Part shown: positions 22,693-35,000 of the stretch, in pieces
Layout: the number at the start of each line of letters is the position of its first letter
How positions within the stretch are numbered: position 1 is the stretch's first letter
Source: Rhina ancylostomus
Lineage: Eukaryota
NCBI GenBank assembly: GCA_030265395.1
Contig: JARFYF010000001.1
Location: 39,884,062 to 39,948,061 of the forward strand
DNA length: 64,000 nucleotides
Direction of reading: 5' to 3'
Made by a program: the position numbers and the translations under genes
The notes under the pieces: model-generated
The model's input: only the letters and a program-made list of their open reading frames with translations
What the model was told of the DNA's origin: nothing
The model's database searches: none

Positions 22693-25600
22693 CAAATCAG
22701 GATTGTCATCGATCTCTATCCAATTCTACAGATTGTTGCATGCAGGTAATGCTCTTTATGAAAGGATGCAAGATCCCTCCTTTAGAAGAATACAACATTT
22801 CAAAAACATTGAATCATACACAAAAGTGTATATAGCTTGCCCCCAACTTGAAATGTTTTCTTTTAAATAAGTGCACCAAAACAATGACACTATCATCCTA
22901 ACTGCTGTTCAGGAATTAGTCTGCAGTGATTAATGAAAATAATACTCTGCAGTAGGAACTCCTTCAAAAAGCTTTTCAATTTGCTTGTTGTGAATGCAAA
23001 AAGGTGCATTCATAGGTTTGTAAAGTGAACTCGATATGCCCTTCAAGCATTCATATCCTTTTTCACATTCAGAAGTCATAAAGCATCACTCAGTGAACTT
23101 TATTTTGAACATTTTAAGGAACTGAAGGGCAAGCCTCGAGTGTTAGCAGGCAAAATTACTTTATGTAAATAAACCTCAGAAGGGCATAATACAGGTGACG
23201 ATTAAGCATACTCAAAAAATTAACTGGAAAATGTATTTTCACAGAAAAATATCTGCCACTCCATTTCTCATAGCCCATATATTTCTTTCCCTAAATTTAG
23301 AAAATGCATCTTAATTAATTATTAAGCAGGAACATATGCCTGCATTAAATGATTACTTCAATATTTCATCAATATGTATTTTAATTCAACTTCTGCAATC
23401 GGTTAGATCCTCCAATCAATTTCTCAGATCATGTCACAAAAATCTGCAAAATAGCAACAGATATGAAAGATAAAATTTTAGAAGGTATCAACAGCAATCT
23501 TTATTCAAGGTCTCAATTTTTCAGTATAATTACACAGGATTATGGATACAATTCCAGCTTCTCAGTTGTCAGAGAAATGTGTCAATGTATTTTGGGGTGG
23601 GAGGAGGGGAGGAGCTGGTACTAGGAAAGAACAATTTTACCAATTGTCTGGTGCTGATAAGTGGGACAAAATAAACTGAGGGTTGAAGTGAAAATCCCTT
23701 AAAGGGACAGTAAATCCATTTATAAAAAAAACCAGTGAACATTTTGAGTTTAAGTAACAGGGCACAAAATGGCCTGGAAATTAATTGCATAATGAATTCT
23801 ACCACCACCCCCACCCCCACCAGGTTGTTTTATATCACTGCAGTAACTGAAGGGGTACTTCCTGGAATGATTCAAGTTTACATGTTTGCTGCAGTTTCTG
23901 TCAGTTGTGCATGGATGATGCCATTCCCGTATGATACACCTTTTGCAGGGAAATCTACACCATGTTGTCCTGGAAGTAACCATCGTTGGGCACTTCTGGA
24001 ACAACTTTGTTACACTAAGGCAAGGCTGTATTGGAATCCCTGTAAATCCCATTCTGGCCTGCAATTCTTTGCACCATCCTCTATTCCCCAACCCCNNNNN
24101 NNNNNNNNNNNNNNNNNNNNNNNNNNNNNNNNNNNNNNNNNNNTCTATTCCCCAACCCCACCACCATCCCCTAGTCCCCAACCCCACCATAGATCCATGA
24201 TTCACTGAAGCCCAGCCTCTCACACACCAACCCTTTGAGAAAGGGTAATTACTGTTTGGGAGTGATTTCACCAACCCCTCTCCACAAATAAGCAGATAGC
24301 TTCTAACCCTCCAACTGAAGCCCCAAGCCCCCCCAATCTTCAGAGCCAACCCTCTCGCCCCCTAGCCCTGGACCCAGACTTGGGCCTGTGTGGCAGTATT
24401 AGGCCAATTTGCAGCAGCAGATCCACTACCAACACTTCCATTAGCATGCCAGAGCAATAATCACCCGGCAAAACTATAGAGCAATGATCACCTGGCAGAG
24501 CTATCTGGCTGCACTAGAATTTCTACACATACAAGAGGTGAGAGATATTTTGTAATTCCTACAAACCATCAGGTGAATAACAGTTGAAGTGTTTTCAGGT
24601 ATGAGCTCACTCTTCCCCAAAAGACATTAAAGCCATACTGACCAAAATGCCAGAAATTAAGAACTCTACTGAGTCCATTGCTGCAATACCAGGACCATTT
24701 CCACTAGAGCAAAGCAATTTAAAAGAGACATTTTAGAATAATTTTATAAGGTTTTGACAACGTAAATGGGTTGTAACTCTTCAAGGAGAGTCAAAAATAA
24801 GGAGCTAACTTGTGAAAATCACCATGAAGAATATAGAAAGAGGCATTAGGAAAAAACATGCCCACTCAACTGTTAGAGCACTCCCAAAGGAGGATTTCAG
24901 GAAGATGTTACTACAAATTTAGAGAAGAGTAGGTAACCATTTGAAACATTAAAAAAGTACAAGGCTCCAGGATGAAAGCAACTCAATGGAAATGGTTCTA
25001 AATTGATTCAGCGAAGAATCAGCATATGCACGATGATCCAAATGGCTCCACCTGAACTGTTACTAATATTGGTTCTATATAACTGAAAGTTCTGTTTTAA
25101 ATATCCTTATGGTATCACTTCCCACAACCATTTGTCAGAATTTAGTTGCTCCATTTAAGCTCTCTTGCTGACCTCACATTTTGGGTTTATAGACCTTCAT
25201 CTTACCAACACAATCTAGCAGTTTCTGCAATAAAATGCTAATGGCCAGAATTTTATTTTAATTTCAAGTAGGTTGAGTAGAATATCAGCTTTTGTAAATC
25301 AAATCATTTACCGAATCATTTCCAAATAGTATTTCAAGTTTATATCCAACCCAATGGTTAGCAGCTCTGATGAGATCAGGCACATGGAATTNNNNNNNNN
25401 NNNNNNNNNNNNNNNNNNNNNNNNNNNNNNNNNNNNNNNNNNNNNNNNNNNNNNNNNNNNNNNNNNNNNNNNNNNNNNNNNNNNNNNNNNNNNNNNNNNN
25501 NNNNNNNNNNNNNNNNNNNNNNNNNNNNNNNNNNNNNNNNNNNNNNNNNNNNNNNNNNNNNNNNNNNNNNNNNNNNNNNNNNNNNNNNNNNNNNNNNNNN

Positions 25601-26859
25601 NNNNNNNNNNNNNNNNNNNNNNNNNNNNNNNNNNNNNNNNNNNNNNNNNNNNNNNNNNNNNNNNNNNNNNNNNNNNNNNNNNNNNNNNNNNNNNNNNNNN
25701 NNNNNNNNNNNNNNNNNNNNNNNNNNNNNNNNNNNNNNNNNNNNNNNNNNNNNNNNNNNNNNNNNNNNNNNNNNNNNNNNNNNNNNNNNNNNNNNNNNNN
25801 NNNNNNNNNNNNNNNNNNNNNNNNNNNNNNNNNNNNNNNNNNNNNNNNNNNNNNNNNNNNNNNNNNNNNNNNNNNNNNNNNNNNNNNNNNNNNNNNNNNN
25901 NNNNNNNNNNNNNNNNNNNNNNNNNNNNNNNNNNNNNNNNNNNNNNNNNNNNNNNNNNNNNNNNNNNNNNNNNNNNNNNNNNNNNNNNNNNNNNCAGAGG
26001 ACTGGAGGCAAGCAATTAAATGTACTTTATAGGTTTTCTGGTGAGCCAGGAACAACAGGAATGTATTGAGGAATGCTCAATTCTGACAATTGCAAAGCAA
26101 TGTCTGCCCATCTCTGAATTTAATTATATGTGCATTTTCTTCTTAAAGTCCAGAATCCAGAAGGTTATACAGTGGCAGTGGATGTTTTCTGGAAATGTGT
26201 GTGCCATTTTGATTGGTGTTACTGGCCTAACAGTTGGGAGAGCAAAGATCATGGGATGTGGAAATATTGGGTGCCTCTGAAAGTCTTAATGGAATAGAAA
26301 TATTATGAGCAAATAAAAGGTACTTTTGGGTGTTTTGGAAAATTAAGAAATGGACACCATGCCCAGTTGTAATCTGAATGGGATTTGGCTCTACTGCCGC
26401 TGGGAGAAGAGAACATTAATGGTGTAGAGGAGGGGAAAGGGAGTTAAATTCTCAGACATTGGATGAAGAAAATACAGATGCTTTTGAAACTGATTGTACC
26501 CAAGATGTTTAACTCTGTTAATACTGAAGGCGCTCCAAAAACTGTAAGCCACTACCTTGCAATAGAAAGTGATACAGCTTTAATTGCACTGGATGAGAAG
26601 CTGCATATACACTTAGGACTCAACTCTGAGATTAGCAATGTGAACACCAAGTGTTTGGTTGTCATGAAATTCAGCCGTTAAACCACTCTGGAGAAAATAT
26701 GGAAACAATTACTCTTTACAACTCTCTTCCACAATGTATTAACACAGCAGCCTGATGGGGCATCACTCAGGGGGAATCACCTATAAAATCCACAGCTGTT
26801 AGATCTAACCTAATAACAACTGACAAAAAGAGAAGAAAAAATCCTCCAACTTTTTTTTA

Positions 26860-27835
26860 AAAAATGTACTCATTTTGCAGGATCTGGACATTGCAGACAA
26901 GACAAGAATGTATTGTCCATCTCTAAATGCCCCTGTGAAGGTGGTGTTGAGTTACCTTCCTGAATCTCTGCAGTCCTTCTGGTGAAGTTACTCCTAAGGC
27001 CAATGGGGACAAGTTCCAAGATTTAGACCCGTAGCATTGAAGGGCAAGCGATATATTTTCAAGTCTAGATGATGTGTAACTCAGATGTGTGCCTGCATGT
27101 GGTGACGTCGCCATGTACCTGCTGCTCTTGTTCTTTTTGGTGACAGAAGGTGAGAGCCATGGAGATGCTGTCAGAGTCGTCGAGTGCATTGGTGGTGAAG
27201 GGACCAAGTGTTTGTCATGGGGTAACAATCAAGCGAATGATGCCACGCTAACCGAGTGTCATAGTGCTCACATTCACCCAAGTGGAAAGTATTTCATCAC
27301 GCTCCTGACTTGCACCTTGTAGATGGTGGAAAGGCCTTCAGTTGTCAGAAGAGTTACTTGTCAGAGGATGTCCAGCTTCTGATCTACTCATCACCACAGT
27401 ATTTATGTGGCTGATTTGGTTGCGCTTCTGGTCAATGGTGACTTCCCAAGGATGTTGATGCTGAGCTGCTGGCCATAGCAATATCATTGAACGTCATGTT
27501 GGAGTTGGCCATTGCCTGGCACTTTTGTTATTGACAGCTATCAGCCCATGCCAGAATGCTGGCTAGGTCTTGCTGCATGCAAGCATCAATGGTTTGATTT
27601 TCTGCAACGTTATAAGAAGAGTTGATCATTGTGCAATCATTAGCAAATAACCTCACCTCTGACCTTATGGTGGAAAGGAAGTCAGAGATAAAGCAGCTGA
27701 GCATGGTTGGGTGTTACCTTCTGCCCTGAAGAACTTCTGCCAAAATATCCTGTGCACCATAACCATTTTCCTTTGTGCCAGCCATGTTTTCCTCTTGATG
27801 CACATTGAATTCAGTTTTACAAGAGCTCCTTGATG
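26860..27835 (-). mobile_element. CR1-like LINE 3' ~1 kb, decayed
   Basis: Reversed 3' end tattgtccatctctaaatgcccctgtgaaggtggtgttgag. Reverse-complement homology to 62100-62800. Confidence 0.8.
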
Positions 27836-28731
27836 TTAGGAATCAGCAGATTAGTGTCCTCATTTGATTCTTCTTTCATTCCAAGGAGCTGGTGTTGCCC
27901 AACATGCACTGAAAGTTGGAAACCAGCCATTGCCCAGTCATGTCAAAGTTTGTTGAAATGTCTCCCAACTATGTAGTTCAGAATTAACAGATCAAAGCAG
28001 CAGAGAAGCTGCCGTAAGAAAATGAGAAACTGAATTTATAAAGTTTAAAAAAAAATTACTCAGTATGAATAATTGGCTAGCGTTTAAAGGGTTTCTTAAA
28101 AACAAATGTTTGGCTGTTTCTGAAACATTATGTTTCAAATTTATGTGTAGTTTGATAAAACAGCTGAGGGCAATTCCATAAATGATTAGAAAAATAATTA
28201 TTTTGATCCAATTGAAATGCCAAGTCCTTTGGCTCGGCTTGGCCATGGGTCAATCGTGGTTCAGATTGGGGTTTGATTATTTAACCAGGCAGATCTCCCT
28301 TTCATGGTCATACTGTATTCACTGTGGCCCAGACAGCTATCAATACTATGGGAACATGAAAGCAAGTGACTGTGGCAAAATTGGTCACTATGTTATCAAT
28401 TCAGTGCATTATACATCGAAACACTGCAAGTACACAACACTGTAACGAAAGATTTCTCCAACCTATCCTATGCCTAAACTCCACTTATCAAATTACATCA
28501 ACTTCAACTAAAGTGACACTTCTTCCTGTAGTGTCATGGACTAATTACACTCAATGTGACAGAAGGATTATATTCCATCAACAGACACATATGATTCAAT
28601 CATAGGGATTAAAATTGTGCCTCTCTGATCTCTTTCCCACCTGCCCAAAAAATCTGTGATTTGTATCAGATTATTCTTGTTGCCCTCTGTCCCAAAGTGT
28701 CTAAGCAAGGAATTCATAACATACGTACATA

Positions 28732-29005
28732 CACAGTAGTGTAACAGTTAGCACAATGCTATTACAGCCCCGGCAACCTGGGTTCAATTCCAGTAGCTGT
28801 CTGTATGGAGTTTATATGTTCTCCCTGTGTCTGCATGGGTTTCCTCCCACATTCCAAAGACACACGAGTTAGGAAGTTGTGGGCATGCTATGTCGGTGCC
28901 AGAAGCGTGGTGACACGTTTGGGCTGCCCCCAGAACACACTGCGCAATAAATGCATTTCACTGTGTGTTTTGATGTGCATGTGACTAATAAAGATATCTC
29001 ATCTC
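28732..29005 (+). mobile_element. tRNA-derived V-core SINE
   Basis: Same family as 21433-21713; tail gtgactaataaagatatctcatctc. Confidence 0.9.
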
Positions 29006-29029
29006 AAAGAAGAAATGAGACAAATCTGG

Positions 29030-30200
29030 CAGCATTAACTATGGACAGATCTCCCAGCTATGTATCGCAGGGAAAAACATCACCCTTCTCAGCTGCCTCT
29101 TTCTATTGGCAGAGAAGCAGCTCCCCAAGTTACAGTGCGGATTCTGTCCATCTAGAGGCAGAGTGGACAAGATCTTCATCATGCAACAACTCTGAGAAAA
29201 ATGCAGGGAGCAGCACCAAACCATTATACCTATCTGCCTTTGACCTTGAAAAAGCCTTTGAATCTGTCCATCAAGAAAGATTGAGATGCCATCAGAAATT
29301 CATCTCCATTTTGCACCTCCTTCATGATGGCATGGGAGCAATCATCTTAACCAATGAGTCCACATCTGACCCTATCTCAGTGCAGACTGTTGTTAACAAA
29401 GGCTGCAACATCATCCCAATATTTTTCTCAATCATTCTAGATGCAATACTGCACCTCACTTCTGATGATCAGATGAATAGCTATCCAACTTGCATCACCT
29501 CCACTCAAAAACCAACCAAGGTCACCCCAATTTCACTCACCAAAATGTAACCCACAGAGAGAACTTGCTGTGCACATTTGGAGGCTGACAGTGTGCACAT
29601 TTGGAGGCTGACAGTATACATCTTTACACTCAACATGTGCAAAACACAAGGCTTTTATCGATGAATCAGTGTGTTGTAGAGTGGGGGCAAATTGAAGAAG
29701 GTCCACAGCACGATCCTGGAAAACATGGACTACTTTCTATATTATGCGAGCCACCTTCTCTCTATAAAAGCAGATATTGAGGAGGAAATTCACCTCACCA
29801 TGTGCTAACACATCTAAGAAAAATAATATTTGAAGATCAAGACCTCTAACCCAACACAAAGCTAATGGTCCACTAAGCAGCAGTGATCTCTGCACTCCTC
29901 TACAATTCAGGGATATGGACAATCTGCAGCAGAAACTTCAAAGCACTGGAAAGTTTCATTAAAATCACCTACACAAAATCCTCTGAATCTATTGCCAACC
30001 TCGTCAAACTAACATCACCCTACTCTTCAACACCAACATCAGAGGAAGGAGGCCCTAATTACACTTAGTTAACATCAATTTACAAGCCATGTTGTTCACA
30101 TGTCCGAAACCAGACTTCCAATACAGGTACTCTATTCCATGTATCATGTCTGCAAGAGATAACTGGGCAGACAAAAAGATTCAAGGTGTGCCTTAACTTG
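29030..30200 (+). mobile_element. RTE-clade LINE RT fragment (decayed)
   Basis: ORF 28951..29550 contains PLYLSAFDLEKAFESV (DLxKAFD) and VQTVVNKGCNIIPIFF (GVKQGCxxxPxLF). Confidence 0.8.
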
Positions 30201-30744
30201 TCCTATTTTTGTAAATCATTCACATGTGAAAAAACTAAGGCATCCAAAGTGAATTGTTTACAATAGGTGCAAATGCAGTCCTTTCCTTCTCTGTTTACTA
30301 TATGTGTCAATCAATGAGTATAATGGACTTGCAAATTTATTCTCTCCATCCACTTCTCTAAGAGGAAAAGAAATTCCTTTGAAAGACCAGTTGCTTTTGG
30401 ATTCCTGGTTTTATTCTCTTGTTCTGGATTCAATCTTGTTTCAACAATTCCCTTCATATTTGCATTACCAATTCCTTGAGGAGCTTAGAAATGTATCCAG
30501 TCTCTTCTTAATTTTTTTTGTGTATAATGAAGATAAATCACCTTTGCAGCTTGTTCTGAAGCCTATTCCAACACAATATCTTTGTGTTCATAATGTATAT
30601 AACACGTAGCACACCTTTTTGTTACTCTGATTGATACACATAACAAGGCAAGTCACCAATGGTCTACCTGCCATTTTAATGTGAAATCATATGCCCTAAT
30701 AATTAGTTTGAAGTTGAAAATTTAATGATTTGACAATCAGGCAC

Positions 30745-31050
30745 AGTTCACTACGCCACACTCCCTTTGAGTCTGAAGTTTCCAGGTCTGTCCAGTTCTG
30801 GAGCCTTGAGGGCAAATATCTCGTGCTGCACACGCATTATGTTATCAGAAGTTGCACTTTCCAAAGATATTGTACTGAGATCCTATGCACTCTTTCAATA
30901 AGAGTAGACGTGTTATTTCTGGAGGTCTGACCAATATTTAACCTTCATTCAGCTTTACTAAAATAGATTGTGGATGTGGTGATTCCTGCAATCCAAAAGA
31001 ATTTGGATACCATGAAAGGGAATATGGCAGATGCCATATAAATGCAAGGT
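30745..31050 (+). mobile_element. Old Deu-domain-type SINE remnant
   Basis: Weak reverse-complement similarity to 38290-38655; ends atgccatataaatgcaag. Confidence 0.4.
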
Positions 31051-31364
31051 ATGCTTCCTTTCCACTCGTCACCCCCAACATTTTTATCCACTATTCTTGG
31101 CAGACAGTTACTGATTAGGCAACTTCACAGTCTATTTGGCACTCTTTTACTGGATGAGTCAAGATTCCTCTGAATGTCATTAATCACTCATAGCCAACAT
31201 ACAGTCACAACAAGCTTAAGGTCATAAGTTTTCAGAAAATTATGACAACCTTATTTCATCTGATTTATTAATAATGAGATCAAGGGCTACAACGGATGTA
31301 TAGTTCATGCCCTTTAATCAGAGCTGTTTCAACTTTTGACTGCTAATTCAGTTTCCAATATAAA

Positions 31365-32088
31365 GAGTGTAAAGATCTCAACATCTCAGAGAATCTATCT
31401 TGGGCCCAACACATTGATGCAATCACAATGAAGGCACGCAGTGACTCTACTTCATTAGGAGTTTGAAGAGATTTGGTATGTCACCAAAGACTCTTGCAAA
31501 TTTTTACAGATGTATGGTTGAGAGCATTCTAACTGGTTGCATCACCACCTGGTACGGAGGCTTCAATGCAAAGGATCAGAAGAGAGCTGTAGACTCGGCC
31601 GGCTCCATCGTAGGCACAACCCTCCCCACCATCGAGGATATCTTCGAGAGGTGATGCCTCAAGAAGGTGGTATCCATCATTAAGGACCCTCTTCTCATTA
31701 CTAATATCAGGGAGGAGATACAAGAGCCTGAAGACCCACAGTCAACATTTTAGGAACAGCTTCTACCCTCTGCCATCAGATTTTTGAATGATCCATGAAC
31801 ACTACCTCATTATTCCTCTTTTGCACTATTTATCTTTGTAACTTACAGTAATTTTTATGTCTTGCACTGTACTGCTGCCACAAAACAACAAATTTCACAA
31901 CATATGCCANNNNNNNNNNNNNNNNNNNNNNNNNNNNNNNNNNNNNNNNNNNNNNNNNNNNNNNNNNNNNNNNNNNNNNNNNNNNNNNNNNNNNNNNNNN
32001 NNNNNNNNNGTCTTGCACTGTACTGCTGCCACAAAACAACAAATTTCACAACATATGCCAGTGATAATAAACCTGATTCTGATTCTGA
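31365..32088 (+). mobile_element. Rex1/Babar LINE 3' end
   Basis: LYFIRSLKRFGMSPKTLANFYRCMVESILTGCITTWYGG, with tail aataaacctgattctgattctga. Confidence 0.88.
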
Positions 32089-35000
32089 GTGAATTTGCCA
32101 GTTATTTTACAATCTTTACAGTACTGTTAAATTTTTACTTGTTACTTCAGTTACCATGAGGCAATCAACATTACAACTCTGTGACTACTGTTAGTGCTGT
32201 TTAATTCCTATATATACATCAAGCTGGTCAAGGTCAGACTACATCTGGCAAACCACCTCATACTTGGGAATGAAATAGTCTAGATGAAAGGGGGCGATAA
32301 TCAAGAGAGATGGAAAGATAAAGAGTGTCAATAGTAAACATTTCTAGAATTGCATTTTCAATGTTTTTGTCCCATAGATTTAATCTTGGAAAGAATAATC
32401 TCAGGAGAAATTTTACCATCATGCACATAGAGCAAAACAGTAATAGTTTTGCAAAACAAATTCTAGTTTTTGACCATCGCACATTAATTGCAAAGAATAC
32501 AGCTGTTTTGAAGGTTAGCAGTGATCTTCACTCTGGAATGTGTTTGCAATGTTCTGGTAACATCATCATGCCAGAAGCATACTGCAACTGTCAAAATTGT
32601 GGTCCTTTTGGAATACACGTCAAAACACTGAAGGTTATTGCTCATCTCCAGAGACCTTTGTTACTGAAAACATTAAGATCTACAGCAAGAGAAATCATTA
32701 GCTATGCTACAGATACACACCCACATTCCACTGAAACAGGAGGTAAAATGACAAACATCCCAGGGTTGCACTTTTGTGGATTGTCGGCTATGCAAAATCG
32801 CTGCTGGAGCAGTCAATACATGCTCATTGCAACAGGAATATAAACTTTTCCTAGATCAGGTCAGTACAGCCTATCCCTTATTCTATAGCTATACATAATC
32901 GCACAAAATAGCCAACTCCTCAGTTTACTGAATTACTACTCTATTCTTAAAATATTTTAAATCTATGGCAGCAACTGATTTTCCTCTTTTCCCCACTAAT
33001 TTCCCAAAGGATGAATGCTCCCTGCTGGGATACAGTCTCAAAAGCACCAAATTAATGTCCAGCACAGGACAGCCTCGTTAACAAGTGTTCACAAGCCTCT
33101 TGATAGTAAGGTTGTCTGAACCAAGAGTCGCAAGTGCAGAATCTAGTTGGAATCGTCAGTTGAAACTCATTAACTTTGGCCTTCTCCCTGTTTGTGGACA
33201 AATGAAGGATTTATTTATTAACTGAGATCGTTAATAAAGAAACTAACTGGTATTTATGATATTAACAACTTCAAGACATACAAAGCATCTCACAGTCAAT
33301 GGGGCAAGTCTAGTCAGTATTATAAGGAAGCCCTTGTGGTAGCCACTATAGGCAGTAAGGTCTAAAAAGGGGCTGTATCCTACCACAAATAGTCAGCAGC
33401 TCCAAGGGGAACTGCCAGCTATCAGCCTTTGGTGCTTCAGGAAGTATTAAATATCGGCATAGGAACAAGTGGTGAACCTGTGTCTGCTCCATCAGTATAC
33501 TCAACAGAAAGTCACTGACAAAGACAATGGAGAGGCAACACAATAAACACAGAGTTCAGTGCCAGAGAAATGACCTTCTGAAGGGAGGATACAGATAAAG
33601 CCTGCAGGCTTTTTAAATGCAAAAAAAATTACTGCACCTAAAAGGCATTAGTATTCATCGTGAACAGCATTGTCAACAGAACAATTATTAAGGAATCCAG
33701 TGTTACATGTTTGTGATACAGGATATTCATAACAGCGTGAAATTAAGAACCTGAACCAATTTAATTTTTATCCAAATCCAATTCCGAAGGAGAACATTTT
33801 GCCATGTTACGATTATGAATCAGAGCACCAAAAAGGTGTGCTACGTATGATTCAGATCTTAAGAGGATTCCTGATCCATTTATTATATGGACAGTTATTT
33901 TTTTTAGTTCACATTTTTCTTACTTGCAGCATCCTTCCTTTACTTCTGGCGTATTGCATTACCTATAGGTCAATTCTGAAACCCTGCATCCAGTAAACAT
34001 TATAATTCCATCTACTTCTGGAAAGGACAATTACAACGGTGTTAAACTGCCATAACGCAACAGGAAATCTTATGATTAACAATGTCCAATACAAGCTTGA
34101 GAAGTAGCGCCTCATAATCCCTCCCCGTGGATGTGGCTGCACCTCTGTTTCAATCTGTTTCTCATGTCTTTTCTATCTCCAGTTGCCAGTTGTGAAAAGA
34201 AATTATGTTGACAATTCTGGTCTGCACCCTGTGACGCTCTCTTCTCTCCACCCCTCCCTACAAATTAAAACATGTTTGCCTTCTCACTTTCCCAACTCTG
34301 ATGAAGCACTGGAAGCCCAATGATGCTGAAATTAAAATCACTGAATGGCTTTGATACCAATTCATTTTTAAGTTGCATCCATTCACAAATGCATTGGACT
34401 ATAAATGCATCAGTGGCTACTGAATCAGCCTTGCACAAAGAGAAACAGGTAAGTGCAGGGCATCCCTGCAACAGAGGAACGAGGATCAGTGCTTGGGGCA
34501 GGTCAACTGTCAGTGACAGATGATGCTGGGGCCCACATTTATCAATCAGTGTTCTTGTGCGCAATCAGGACCTAAGGGTTCCAAGGTCAATAAGAGGGGA
34601 GCAAGGATGGGGCTTCACAAGTACTGTGAGTTCAAAGGTCTTGGGGATGTAAAGGAGGCGTTGGAAAAGAGCAGTGTGACTTGAAGGAGAGCAAGTAAAA
34701 AAAAGGAACTGAAGGTTCCTACCAAGAGGTTACCAGAACTGCGAGATTCCATTGAATTTACACTGCAGAGGAAACAGTGTTGGTCAATTTCATGGGGATA
34801 AGAATGTCGAGCACAATTCTTTTTGTGTACGGAATGTATCCTACTCCAATGATTCTGAACTTTAGCTCAACATCCTTCCGCAAGGCCACTGTGCACGTGC
34901 TCTATCTCCATGTGCATGGTACCTAGTCCAACCTGACAAGCTGTTGGGCTGCTCACTGCCAGGAACTGATCATCCTGTTTGCCCTAGATAATTAACATCA

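Noticed and set aside
22015-22749. 244-aa Pro/Leu/Ser-rich ORF
   Set aside because: Stop-poor, pyrimidine-rich Penelope 3' UTR with a non-ATG start; low complexity.
31860-32060. 50-bp exact direct repeat (gtcttgcactgtactgctgcc...catatgcca)
   Set aside because: It flanks a ~100-N gap on both sides, so it is most likely unmerged overlapping contig ends rather than a real duplication.
32325-32843. 172-aa ORF with Cys clusters
   Set aside because: Non-ATG start, antisense to FMNL2, no recognisable domain or splice context; probably chance within decayed repeat-like DNA.
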